A DNA stretch of 30,749 bases. It comes from a virus. Its lineage: Duplodnaviria > Caudoviricetes. Under the pieces are notes generated by a model. That model ran no database searches. It was not told where the DNA came from and saw only the letters and a program-made list of their open reading frames with translations. Shown here piece by piece: positions 7,233 to 16,645 of this stretch (position 1 is its first letter; each line of letters begins with the position of its first letter). The translations under genes and the position numbers were made by a program. The stretch is taken from the IMG/VR virus record IMGVR_UViG_3300036783_000019, positions 1 to 30,749 of that record. One strand, 5' to 3'.

Positions 7233-8588
7233 TCAGTAGCTGACCTCAAAGCCCTCTACAGTTTCATAAATACTTTCGAAAACCGGTACTTTTCTTCCGT
7301 AGCCACCTTCGATATCGACGAATTGATTTTTTTCCCTATAGTTCTTTAATTCTTCCTCATTAGCATAATGATACTTAAATAAATTATTCAGAACAAACAC
7401 TTCAGAGATTTCAAAAACATGATTTTTTTGAATTGATAATTCTGAAAAAACCTCATCGGCATTACATGTTTTATAAACCAATTTTGAAAGCAACTGTGAG
7501 TCATGAACTTTCAAGAAAGCAATCAATCCCAATGCAACTTTATAAGAGTCACTTGAGTAATTGTTTATTTTATTTGGATTGTCAATAACTGCGAATACAG
7601 AATAGCATCGTTCCGCCTCTCTTAAAGAGCAATGATTGACTTCAAGCAAATAAGAAAGAGTATTAATTAAACTACCATTTCGCACAAAGAAATTATTACC
7701 TGTATCAATGTTTAATAAATGTCTTTTTAAAGTTGAGTGGCTATAATTCGCCAGGCAATTAGGCGACAAATAACTTTTCTTAGGAAGCGTAAACCAATAG
7801 TGAACAAATTTATTAAGATATAAACGAGAATTTATGTTGCCATATCTACACTCAATACTTTTTTCAAATTGTTCACGATTGACGACCAATAAAAATATCA
7901 CACCCTGAACAGAAAATATGTGCTTTATTTTTTCGAGAAGGTCAAGTGAAAAATCGGGTCTTGCTCTATCCAGTTCATCTATAATGAAGAGAATTTTCTT
8001 GCCGCTCTCCTCATGAATTTTAGTGATTAAGTTACCAAAATGCTCTATGGTGGCAAGTTCGTTCTCACTGGTTTTTATTTTTTCCCCAATGTACTCTTCT
8101 ACAGGAGACGTAATCGCATCTGTTATAGTCTCTCCAGCTTTTTCAAGTGAAGTGCCACTCAACAAACCACCTGACAAAGTATTTATTGCAAACTTAGCCC
8201 CATTGATTGCAAACGAGGCACCAAGCTTTTTTCCTACTTCCAAAAGCTCTTTGCCTAATGATTTTAGTTTACCTTCTTCTTTGTTAATTAGTGAATAAAT
8301 ACTTGAGGTTAATGCTACAAATGGATCGGATTGATAATCACTTTTAAACGCATCAAAATAAATAACATCAAAACCTTCTGAATGATTAATTTTTATTTCA
8401 GATTCCATCATTTTGACGAATGATGTTTTACCATTACCCCATTTATCATCAAGCGCTAGCACAAGACTTTTATCTGGCGCGTTCTGCGCTACTCGCATAA
8501 TAACATTGTGAAGCTTCACCCGGCCAAAGATATCATCTTTCTCACTAAAACCATCAGAAAAGGATTTTGTAGCGGTAGTAATTCGCAT
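7233..8588 (-). CDS. KAP-family P-loop NTPase, accessory gene, candidate phage-exclusion protein
   Basis: Walker A LDDKWGNGKTS, FDAFKSDYQSDP, Walker B FIIDELDRARP...LEKIKHIF and YLNKFVHYWFTLP. Strongly AT-rich relative to the core genes. Confidence 0.9.
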   Translation of the reverse strand: MRITTATKSFSDGFSEKDDIFGRVKLHNVIMRVAQNAPDKSLVLALDDKWGNGKTSFVKMMESEIKINHSEGFDVIYFDAFKSDYQSDPFVALTSSIYSLINKEEGKLKSLGKELLEVGKKLGASFAINGAKFAINTLSGGLLSGTSLEKAGETITDAITSPVEEYIGEKIKTSENELATIEHFGNLITKIHEESGKKILFIIDELDRARPDFSLDLLEKIKHIFSVQGVIFLLVVNREQFEKSIECRYGNINSRLYLNKFVHYWFTLPKKSYLSPNCLANYSHSTLKRHLLNIDTGNNFFVRNGSLINTLSYLLEVNHCSLREAERCYSVFAVIDNPNKINNYSSDSYKVALGLIAFLKVHDSQLLSKLVYKTCNADEVFSELSIQKNHVFEISEVFVLNNLFKYHYANEEELKNYREKNQFVDIEGGYGRKVPVFESIYETVEGFEVSY

Positions 8589-8650
8589 AAATGGTTTCCT
8601 ATGATAAATAATAATTCAACAATGCATAAAAATTACTTTTTTAAATTAAA

Positions 8651-8674
8651 CGTGCTTAAGGTAACTTTAGCACG
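8651..8674 (-). terminator. Hairpin downstream of ogr, possible end of the P-Q-ogr transcript
   Basis: CGTGCTTAAG-GTAA-CTTTAGCACG near-perfect stem. Only a short T-tract on the minus strand. Confidence 0.45.
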
Positions 8675-8690
8675 CTTCTAACGTAAAACC

Positions 8691-8957
8691 TTAGGTAGCG
8701 CCACCATTAAGTAACTCCAGCGCGAACTGACGTTCTTCGGGCTTGAGCCGGTCAATCAGAAATTTGACCAGCTTGTTACCTGTCAGCCCGCTGGGGCTGA
8801 GAGTGTGAGAAAACGAGGCGTTAAACACAAACGTATGACCGCATTCAACTTCGGTGCAAGCGCAGTATAAATCCGCCAGTTTTTTATCTTTCCAGTCAGA
8901 TTTACGAATGATGGCCGGTTGGCCGCATTCAGGGCATTTAATTTTAAAAACTCGCAT
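8691..8957 (-). CDS. ogr: Ogr/Delta-like zinc-finger late transcription activator
   Basis: CPECG...YCACTEVECGHTF...HTLSPS motif. Start trimmed to MRVFK. Confidence 0.9.
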   Translation of the reverse strand: MRVFKIKCPECGQPAIIRKSDWKDKKLADLYCACTEVECGHTFVFNASFSHTLSPSGLTGNKLVKFLIDRLKPEERQFALELLNGGAT

Positions 8958-9013
8958 GTTCACCATCCCGCACGCCATTGCTAACAATGGGGATGATTTT
9001 AAACTAATTGCGC

Positions 9014-10078
9014 TCATTTTTCGCCCTTATCGGCGGTAATTACCGGCAATTCAACGTCAAAATTAAGATGTAAGCGCGGCGGGATTTCCGGGTCATTGTT
9101 AACACCATTCATAAATTTACGCTGTAACGGGATAACTTCGTCTTTCCGGTAGGTCGTGCGGGCAGTTTCAGGGTTGCCCATTACCGCGCCGTTCGTCGGA
9201 ATGATGCCCGCCAGTCCTGCGGGGAAGCGGTGAGCGGTAAAGATATCCTGCGCGGTGATCCCTTTGATGTTCAGAAATTCATCCTTTGCGCTGACTTCAC
9301 CCACTGGCAGGATTTTGACCCCGTCCGGGTCGCCTTTGGGGATGTTGATAAACATGTTGCGGAAGTTGCCCAGCCCTTTGGACTGCGCAATCTTGTCTTT
9401 GATTTCGTTTTCCATTTCCAGCGTTAAATTTGGGTCGCTGGTATAAAGAATAAAGCCCATATGCGCACCATTGTTGTAATAGCGACGGCGGAAGATGGTC
9501 GCTTCGCTGTTAAGTAAAACGGAATGGATCCCGCCGATGTAATCCGGCAGGCCATAAACCTGCTGGCGTGGGTCATACATTTTGAAAAAGACGATGTCCT
9601 GCGGGTCATAAATCAGCGCTGGCCCCTCCTGGAGAATGGCGAACGTTCCGTCCTTCCGGCATCGCAGATAAAGCGACGGCAGCGGCAGCAGGTCGATCAC
9701 CTCCCCGAATACGTTACGAATTTTCAGGATAGCGACGTCGCCAAACAACAGGTAATCAAACACCGCTTGTTCGACCTGGTCAGGTGTCAGGCCGCCGCCG
9801 ATATAGCCACCGGCAACCATATTGCGCCGCGCATACAATACGCCACCATGCTGGCCGTTAAGGTTCGGCAACTGGGCCAGCGCCAGCCGGTCAATCGGGA
9901 GTCGCCAGTGATCTGCCTCGTTGTCATACCAGATGTTGTGATAATCGGTGCCGGTCGTCAGGATGGGTTCTGGTTCGCCAAAAGTGATCACACTTCCGCG
10001 CCCTGGCGTGAACGTTTCAACGTTGCTGCCGGTTGCAGCCCTGAATTTTTTCGCTTTACGCTGTTTTTTAGTCGTCAT
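9014..10078 (-). CDS. Q: Portal protein (P2 gpQ / PBSX family)
   Basis: TFGEPEP, QVYGLPDY, FRRRYYNNGAHMGFI, KGLGNFRNMF and KDEFLNIK motifs. Confidence 0.95.
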   Translation of the reverse strand: MTTKKQRKAKKFRAATGSNVETFTPGRGSVITFGEPEPILTTGTDYHNIWYDNEADHWRLPIDRLALAQLPNLNGQHGGVLYARRNMVAGGYIGGGLTPDQVEQAVFDYLLFGDVAILKIRNVFGEVIDLLPLPSLYLRCRKDGTFAILQEGPALIYDPQDIVFFKMYDPRQQVYGLPDYIGGIHSVLLNSEATIFRRRYYNNGAHMGFILYTSDPNLTLEMENEIKDKIAQSKGLGNFRNMFINIPKGDPDGVKILPVGEVSAKDEFLNIKGITAQDIFTAHRFPAGLAGIIPTNGAVMGNPETARTTYRKDEVIPLQRKFMNGVNNDPEIPPRLHLNFDVELPVITADKGEK

Positions 10079-11892
10079 GCTGCTTTCCCAAAAGCCCAGG
10101 TCGATGGGCGGTCAAATTCGTGATCGATAGGTTCGTTTATTACGGCGTGCGAGATAGCGAAGAAAACATCCGCGTGGCCGGTTGCGTCGGAACGTTCAGC
10201 AACGAACGTTAACGCGTTGCCGCTGTTAGTTGTGGTGCGCCGGATAGCCATAAACGACGCGGGGATTTCGACGCGCTCTTTGTTGGTTTCGTCTATGGCG
10301 TCTTTCGCCCATTCAATGCGCTTACGTTCCACGACGTCGATCATCTTCATCACCAGGCGGTTTTTACTTTCGACGCTGTAAAGAATGGCGTTCGCCTCTC
10401 GTGGGGCAAACTTGCTGACCAGGTCATACACCCCTTTGCCGATGCCGGTTGTGTCGATCCCGATGTAGGTGATATTAAAGCGGCGCATAAGCTGGCGTAT
10501 CTGGTCTGCTTGCCAGCTAAAGTTAAAGCCCTGCCATTGCCAGCAGGCCAGAACGCGGAAGCGTTCACCGTCGTGAATGGGTGGCGCAATTATCACAAAA
10601 GTGGAGTTGTCGCCGGAGCGCGACGGGTCGAAGCCCGCCCACACTTCGCGGTTACCGAATGGCCGCGCGGCGGTCGGGTCATAGTCGCCCCAGGTTGCCC
10701 GGTCCACTTCGCAGCCGACCAACGTCGAGAATTTGAAGACCGCGTCTTTGCTGTCAACGAACTGGCACATGTAGAGCATGGCGAACGCGGTCGGGTTGTA
10801 CTTGTTGCGGAGACGCTCAATATCGACGAGCGCACCCAGCCCACCTTTGATGGCGTCTTCCATCGTGATGATATATCGCCAGATCCCGTCCGGGCAGATG
10901 ATGCCCTGGCGCATGGCGTTTTCTTTTGGAAACTCAACCCCTTTGCGCTTCGGATCGTCGCCCCGCCATTCTTCACCGGTCCATACCGGGTAGGCCTGGT
11001 GCGTCTTCGCGCTGGGCGTTGAAAAGTAGGTCGTTCTGTATTTGTTGTGCGTCGCCATTGCGCTGGCAACTTCGTGCAGGCGCGTGAATTTCGGGATCCA
11101 GAAGACTTCATCACCATACAGGTGGCCGTTAAAGCCCTGCGCGGTGCTGGCGTTCGTGGACAGAAAGCGCAGGATTGCGCCGTTGCTGAGGCGGATATTT
11201 TTGCCGGTCAGCGTGATACCGAAATGATTTTGTGCAATCTGAACGATGTATTCGCGGAAGATTTCCGACTGTGCGCGGGATGCGGAGAAAAAGACCTGGT
11301 TATCACCGCTGATCACAGCGTCTTCAAATGCTTCCCATGCAAAATAGTAGGTCATGCCGACCTGACGGCTTTTAAGGATAAAGCGCCAGTCTTCGCCTTT
11401 ATGCTCGCGGCAATGTAGCTGGTATTCGAAAAGATGTTCCCGCGCCCAGGTGTCGAGCATTTCAGGCGTCAGGCCGGAAACGTCGTTTTTCTTATACCGG
11501 CGTTTTCCTTCCCTTTCCCCAGGTTCCCCGCCTGCACTGCTGAGGCAGTAGCCCTCCCCGTCATAGGATGCTTTTTTGGTCTGAATTTCGGCCAGCTTTT
11601 CAGCGTGCTTGTTTCGCTGCGCCATAAGTTTGACGTGATGGGCAATCAGATCGCGTAGTTCTTCCAGTTCCAGCGCCGTTTTTTTCTCGCGGCGGGAGAG
11701 CTGGTCAATGCGTCGGGCGATGACATTTTCCACTGATTCGACAGGCAGCAGTGATGCCCACTCCCCGACGTCAGCCCAGTGGTAAATGGTACGCGGTGGA
11801 ATATTCAATTCCTGCGCAATATCTTTCGGCGTCCAGCTTTTAATGTATAGCGTGCGGGCCGCTTCTTTTAATTCATCGGAGTATTTAGCCAT
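10075..11892 (-). CDS. P: Terminase large (ATPase) subunit, gpP-like
   Basis: N-terminal HTH, LKSRQVGMTYYFAWEA, LYGDEVFW, FSTPS, GFDPSRSGD and GHADVFFA motifs. Confidence 0.95.
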   Translation of the reverse strand: MAKYSDELKEAARTLYIKSWTPKDIAQELNIPPRTIYHWADVGEWASLLPVESVENVIARRIDQLSRREKKTALELEELRDLIAHHVKLMAQRNKHAEKLAEIQTKKASYDGEGYCLSSAGGEPGEREGKRRYKKNDVSGLTPEMLDTWAREHLFEYQLHCREHKGEDWRFILKSRQVGMTYYFAWEAFEDAVISGDNQVFFSASRAQSEIFREYIVQIAQNHFGITLTGKNIRLSNGAILRFLSTNASTAQGFNGHLYGDEVFWIPKFTRLHEVASAMATHNKYRTTYFSTPSAKTHQAYPVWTGEEWRGDDPKRKGVEFPKENAMRQGIICPDGIWRYIITMEDAIKGGLGALVDIERLRNKYNPTAFAMLYMCQFVDSKDAVFKFSTLVGCEVDRATWGDYDPTAARPFGNREVWAGFDPSRSGDNSTFVIIAPPIHDGERFRVLACWQWQGFNFSWQADQIRQLMRRFNITYIGIDTTGIGKGVYDLVSKFAPREANAILYSVESKNRLVMKMIDVVERKRIEWAKDAIDETNKERVEIPASFMAIRRTTTNSGNALTFVAERSDATGHADVFFAISHAVINEPIDHEFDRPSTWAFGKAA

Positions 11893-12067
11893 GAGGGTAT
11901 TATGACGGGAATATTTAACCCGTTTGATAATTAAATATCGGTAAAAGGTGGCTAACCAGTTATAACCGAATGCATAAGAAATTGAGTTGTCGCGCCGTTT
12001 TATTTAATTGGCAATACTGACCATCACAAACGAATTGTATTAATCATTTCATTATTGAAGGTCAGTT
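11893..12067. promoter_or_regulatory. Divergent late promoter region (P and O operons)
   Basis: AT-rich intergenic region between divergent late operons. Dyads ATATTTAA-N12-TTAAATAT (11911-11938) and TCGGTAA-N18-TAACCGA (11938-11969). Confidence 0.6.
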
Positions 12068-13129
12068 ATGACGCAACCCAGTTACCGGACTGATTGGCTA
12101 TGTATCGCCACATCGGGGCAGGCCGTGGACGGTCGCACCATTGAAGCGCAATGGTTAATTGACGCTGCGGAAACCTATTCCCGCAAAACCTACACGGCAA
12201 TGATTTGGCCGCATCATCCGCAATACGATATTGGCGAGCGTGAATTTACCTGCAACCTGGGCGAAGTGGATGCGCTAAAAGTTGAGACGGAAGGTGACGT
12301 CACCAAACTATATGCCCAGTTAATCCCTAACCAGTTCTTAATTGATGCCAACCGCATGGGGCAAAAGCTGTTTACGTCTGCTGAATTTGTTACTGATTTT
12401 GCAGGCAGTGGACGGGAATATCTTTTCGGGCTGGCTGTAACAGATATTCCGGCAAGTTTAGGAACTGAGAAACTTAAATTTGTTTTGGCTGGAGAAGAAA
12501 AGGACGCGGAGCGCGGAAGCCTGGAAACGTTCAGCCTGGGTAACTTGCAGACCAGTAAGCCAGAAAAAAAAGATTCTTTCTGGTCGAAATTATTTTCGAC
12601 TCGTAAAGATTTTACGCCAACACCAGAACCTAACACCGACAAGCCCAATGAGGGCGAGGAACAGAAAATGGAAGAGTTAAAAGCCCTCATCCAGCAACTG
12701 CTGGATTTAGTCAAAAGCGGCAAAGACGCTGCCAGCGGTGACGCTGATAACGTCGATACGCCAGAGCAGGCAGCCGAGGAAGTGGCAGACATCGCCGACG
12801 AAATCGCCGACGCTGCCGCAGAAGTTGCAGAACTGGCGCAGGATGTCGCAGAGAACCCGGAAGACGAAGTCAAAGCGGCAGAGTTCAGCGTGGCAAAAGC
12901 CAACCTGGCTAAAGCAATGAAAGCGTTCAACGTGACCCCTTCCAAGCGCCCGCGCCGCAGCCGTCGCCGTGAGTTTTCGGCACGCCGCCCGACCGGTGGC
13001 AATCAGATGGCCGACCTGACCACGCAACTAACTACCGTGCTGACCAAGCTGTCCGCAATGGAAAGCGGCGGCACGCAGCGCCCTGGCAATGCGCCAGGCG
13101 GCAGTAATAAGCCGTTTGAATTTATTTAA
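12068..13129 (+). CDS. O: Capsid scaffold/protease, gpO-like
   Basis: IATSGQAVDGRTI and YLFGLAVTDIPASLGTEKLKF motifs, followed by an acidic coiled-coil C-terminus. Confidence 0.93.
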   Translation: MTQPSYRTDWLCIATSGQAVDGRTIEAQWLIDAAETYSRKTYTAMIWPHHPQYDIGEREFTCNLGEVDALKVETEGDVTKLYAQLIPNQFLIDANRMGQKLFTSAEFVTDFAGSGREYLFGLAVTDIPASLGTEKLKFVLAGEEKDAERGSLETFSLGNLQTSKPEKKDSFWSKLFSTRKDFTPTPEPNTDKPNEGEEQKMEELKALIQQLLDLVKSGKDAASGDADNVDTPEQAAEEVADIADEIADAAAEVAELAQDVAENPEDEVKAAEFSVAKANLAKAMKAFNVTPSKRPRRSRRREFSARRPTGGNQMADLTTQLTTVLTKLSAMESGGTQRPGNAPGGSNKPFEFI

Positions 13130-13157
13130 TCAATTTTCTTTCCAGGGATAAAACAAA

Positions 13158-14195
13158 ATGCAATTAACCCCAAAAGCAGAGCAGATGTTGCGCAAGTTTG
13201 CCGCAGGCCTGGCGAAAGCTAACGGTCAGGTGGACACGTCGCGATACTTCTCGCTGACAAACCCGAAAGAAACCCAACTGCGCAATGCGCTGCTGGAAAG
13301 TTCTGAATTCCTGCGCCTGCTGCCTAACGTCCTGGACGTGGACCAGATCACCGGGCAGGTGGTTACCACAGGTAAAAAAGGAATCTACACCGGGCGTAAA
13401 AAAGACGGACGCTTCTCACGTGCGCTGGGTGTTGGCGGTAATGAATACAAGCTGGTCGAAACGGATTCCGGCTCATATCTGCCTTACTCCCTGCTGGTTG
13501 TCTGGGCCAATGCAGGCAGCGAGGAGGAGTTCTTCCAGCGCATCCAGGCATTCAGCAATGAATCATTTGCGCTGGATATGCTGCGAGTCGCCTTTAACGG
13601 TACAAGCGCAGCAGAAAACACCGATCCGGACGCCAACCCGAACGGCGAAGACGTCAACATCGGCTGGCATAAAATTGTCCAGGAACGTACCCCGGAGCAA
13701 ATCATCACCGGTGACGTCACTATCGGTGGAGCGAATGCTGATTTCATGGGACTGGATGCGGCTGTAACCGACCTCGTTCATACCTGTATTTATGAACCGT
13801 TCCGCAATGACCCGCGTCTGGTTGTGTTGGCATCCGCCGATCTTATCGGCGCAGACGTCACCACGCTGATGAACAAAATTGACCGCCCGACCGAGAAAGT
13901 TGCGGCGCAGTTGATTGGCCGCCAGATCGCTGGCCGCACCGTGTACACACCGCCGTTTATGCCGGAAGGTCGTCTGATTGTTACCACGCTGGACAACCTG
14001 CATATCTACACCCAGCAGGGAACCCGCAAGCGCAAGGCGGAATGGGTCGACGACCGCAAGCGCTTTGAGAATAACTATCTGCGCATGGAAGGTTACGCCG
14101 TCGAACATGACGAGCTTTACGCCGCCTACGACAAAATCACCCTGGCAACTGACGCCCCAGTACAGGAAGACCCAGAACAGGGCGGGGGTGAATAA
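13158..14195 (+). CDS. N: Major capsid protein, P2 gpN family
   Basis: ESSEFL, ALDMLRVAFNGTSAA...NPNGEDVNIGW and PPFMP...VTTLDNLHIYTQ motifs. Confidence 0.95.
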   Translation: MQLTPKAEQMLRKFAAGLAKANGQVDTSRYFSLTNPKETQLRNALLESSEFLRLLPNVLDVDQITGQVVTTGKKGIYTGRKKDGRFSRALGVGGNEYKLVETDSGSYLPYSLLVVWANAGSEEEFFQRIQAFSNESFALDMLRVAFNGTSAAENTDPDANPNGEDVNIGWHKIVQERTPEQIITGDVTIGGANADFMGLDAAVTDLVHTCIYEPFRNDPRLVVLASADLIGADVTTLMNKIDRPTEKVAAQLIGRQIAGRTVYTPPFMPEGRLIVTTLDNLHIYTQQGTRKRKAEWVDDRKRFENNYLRMEGYAVEHDELYAAYDKITLATDAPVQEDPEQGGGE

Positions 14196-14197
14196 AA

Positions 14198-14902
14198 ATG
14201 GCTATGTCCCCGTGTCAGCGACACCGTGCACGCATTAAAACCGCAAAAGCGCTGGATAAACGCGAAGCCCTGACATCGTCGCCGGTTAGCTTCCACCTGC
14301 AAATGCTGGAACTGGAAAAGGATGTTGAACAACTTCGCAGCCTGCCGCGTACCGAAGACCGCATCGAATTTAAACGCGATGTCCTTCTGCCGCGCTGGAT
14401 GCCGACAGTTGAATCCTATCTTGCCGGCGATGCCCGCTTCGCAAATCCGGCCCTGGTTTACTGCGTGATCTGGTTGTTCGACACGGGGGAAATGGGTAAG
14501 GCGCTGGACTGGGCCGACGTGGCTATCTCTGAGAACCAGGCGATGCCGGAAAACTTCAAAAGCACCATGCCCGCATTTGTGGCCGATACGGTGCTGGAGT
14601 GGGCAACGAGACAGGCGGAAGCCGGTCACAGCATTGAGCCTTATTTTGGCCGCACGTTTGAAAACATCCGCGAAAAGTGGCGTTTGCATGAAGACATTAA
14701 CGCGAAGTGGTTCAAATTCGCGGGGCGTTACATGCTGCGCGACGAGAAGGGCCAGCCCCGCGCCACTGCCGTGGATGATGTGGAAACGCTTGAACAGGCT
14801 GATGCCCTGCTGGCCCAGGCGCACGCGTTCAATACAAACGCCGGAGTCAGGACCATGCGCGACAAGATTCGCGCCCGGATTAACGGCCTGACCAAGCAAT
14901 AA
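14198..14902 (+). CDS. M: Terminase small subunit, gpM-like
   Basis: MSPCQRHR start, IWLFDTG motif, C-terminal AGVRT, and position after capsid. Confidence 0.9.
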   Translation: MAMSPCQRHRARIKTAKALDKREALTSSPVSFHLQMLELEKDVEQLRSLPRTEDRIEFKRDVLLPRWMPTVESYLAGDARFANPALVYCVIWLFDTGEMGKALDWADVAISENQAMPENFKSTMPAFVADTVLEWATRQAEAGHSIEPYFGRTFENIREKWRLHEDINAKWFKFAGRYMLRDEKGQPRATAVDDVETLEQADALLAQAHAFNTNAGVRTMRDKIRARINGLTKQ

Positions 14903-15004
14903 CGACTCCCGCAAGCCGGGACGGGCGCGGGGGAGGCATCAATCCGTTGGGTTGTTGGCTATGGATCCCGTTAGCCCGTTTCTATTGCAGACAAGGTGTA
15001 AACG

Positions 15005-15478
15005 ATGAGTGGCCCAAGTTTCAGTATCAGCGGCAAACCGTTAACGATCACGCCGACCGTTATCACCAACGGCGTGGCGTTCTGGCCTGATTTGGATCTG
15101 GCTGAATTTCAGATGTCTCGCACCCTGCCCGCAGATCTGCCGCCAGACACCGCAGGCGTTGCCCTGCTGGCGGCCATTGCAGAAGTTAACACGACGCTGG
15201 CCGACGTGGTGACCTACTGGAACGGGAAAGGATGCGAACGGGCCGCCGACGTACCGGGCGCGAAGCTGGCGAACGAAAACCAGTTAACGGCCCAGTACAA
15301 AAAAGCTGTTTATGCGCGGGCAAAAGCCGACTTGCTGGGCGAGTTCGCCACCATCGGGCGACGTGAGTCGCACCCAGGACAGGAAAGCCTGGACACCCGC
15401 GCCAATCTGCTGGCCGAAGCGGCCAACGTGATGCGAAACATGCTGCAACAGCCACGCGTAGGGGTGCATTTGATATGA
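15005..15478 (+). CDS. L: Head completion/stabilization protein, gpL-like
   Basis: FWPDLDLAEF...YKKAVYARAKADL...V.LI pattern and position. Confidence 0.88.
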   Translation: MSGPSFSISGKPLTITPTVITNGVAFWPDLDLAEFQMSRTLPADLPPDTAGVALLAAIAEVNTTLADVVTYWNGKGCERAADVPGAKLANENQLTAQYKKAVYARAKADLLGEFATIGRRESHPGQESLDTRANLLAEAANVMRNMLQQPRVGVHLI

Positions 15479-15951
15479 GCCAACTGGAAAGCCTGACGGC
15501 TTTTATCACGGCGAACCTGCCACGCGATGCCATGCAGATGTTTTCCAGTTCAATGGACGATTGCGAACTGGTGCGCAGCGCGAAAGCGATGGGAAACGGT
15601 CAGCGCCGCATCGGTGTACTGACGTACAGCGGCCGTTTGTCGTGGGATAACTTCCCGTTTCGCAAGTATTCGCCAGGTCTGATTTACGCCCTGGTGCTGG
15701 CCTGGGTGGATGAGCACGCCAACGAGCTGCGCGACGAGCTGAAATTAGCCGATCCGACCGTGGACCCGGAGTTCGACGACGAGGGAGCGTGCATCCTTGA
15801 TGTGGTCGTCGGGCTGGCTGACCCGGTGATCATCCGTGAAGTGGCAAACGGCCCTATCCCGTTCAGGGATAAATCGTGGGATATCGTCAATCCAGAAATC
15901 TGGGTGGCAGAGGAAGCCGAAATTATTGTCCAGACCGGTGACGCGTCGTGA
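15475..15951 (+). CDS. Tail completion protein, gpR-like
   Basis: MSQLESLTAF start, ATGA coupling to L, and gene order. Confidence 0.7.
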   Translation: MSQLESLTAFITANLPRDAMQMFSSSMDDCELVRSAKAMGNGQRRIGVLTYSGRLSWDNFPFRKYSPGLIYALVLAWVDEHANELRDELKLADPTVDPEFDDEGACILDVVVGLADPVIIREVANGPIPFRDKSWDIVNPEIWVAEEAEIIVQTGDAS

Positions 15952-16643
15952 TCCGTGGCGAGCTAAACCAGCAACAGCTAAAGCTGATGCGCGAAAAGCT
16001 GGCCCAGGCCGACCTTCCCCCACGCAAGCGCCAGCGCCTTTTATGGCGAATCGCAAAGCTGGGCATTGTTGTGGCGTCAAAACGTCACCAGCGCCAGCAG
16101 GCGGCCCCGGACGGCACGCCGTGGGAGCCGCGCAAGCGTGGCAAAGGAAAGATGCTAAAGGGATTGCCCAAGCTGCTGGCCGTGCGGGAAATGCCGGAAA
16201 TTCAGGGGGTACGCGTTTACCTGAAAGGCGGCAATTACCGCAACGGAAATAAGCCCGTCGCGGCGGGTCTGGTCGGTGCGGTCCAGCAGGATGGTGCGCG
16301 GATCCAGATGAAAGCCAGCACCGCCCCGCGTAAACCGCAGGCAAACCAGCCCGCATTGCCGCGTCAGGCAAAGCGCCTGCGGGCGCTGGGTTACAAGGTC
16401 CGCAAGGGTAAGCGCTGGGTGAAGCCGTCCAGCAAACAAATCATGGAAACCATGAGCATGGCGCAGGCGGGTTTAGTTATCCGCAAGCTGAAAGGAACGC
16501 CAGCCAAACGCACGTGGACCATAGACATTCCGGGCCGCGTTTTTCTGGGTGTCAGTAACGATGAATTTAACCAAATCATAGCGCGGCAAATGCAGGCAAT
16601 CGGCTTCGGCTGGGACGTCAACGCGCAGGATATCAGGGGGTAA
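15948..16643 (+). CDS. Virion morphogenesis / tail completion protein, gpS-like
   Basis: QQAAPDGTPWEPRK and IPGRVFLG motifs. Confidence 0.82.
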   Translation: MIRGELNQQQLKLMREKLAQADLPPRKRQRLLWRIAKLGIVVASKRHQRQQAAPDGTPWEPRKRGKGKMLKGLPKLLAVREMPEIQGVRVYLKGGNYRNGNKPVAAGLVGAVQQDGARIQMKASTAPRKPQANQPALPRQAKRLRALGYKVRKGKRWVKPSSKQIMETMSMAQAGLVIRKLKGTPAKRTWTIDIPGRVFLGVSNDEFNQIIARQMQAIGFGWDVNAQDIRG

Positions 16644-16645
16644 AA

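Noticed and set aside
9524-11658. Several long ORFs overlapping portal and terminase in other frames
   Set aside because: Shadow frames of GC-rich conserved genes, with no motifs.
12214-13002. 262-aa minus-strand ORF
   Set aside because: Codon-aligned antisense mirror of the scaffold gene, Ser/Ala-rich low complexity.
14126-16371. 262-aa and 208-aa minus-strand ORFs
   Set aside because: Antisense to M, R and S; composition typical of shadow ORFs.
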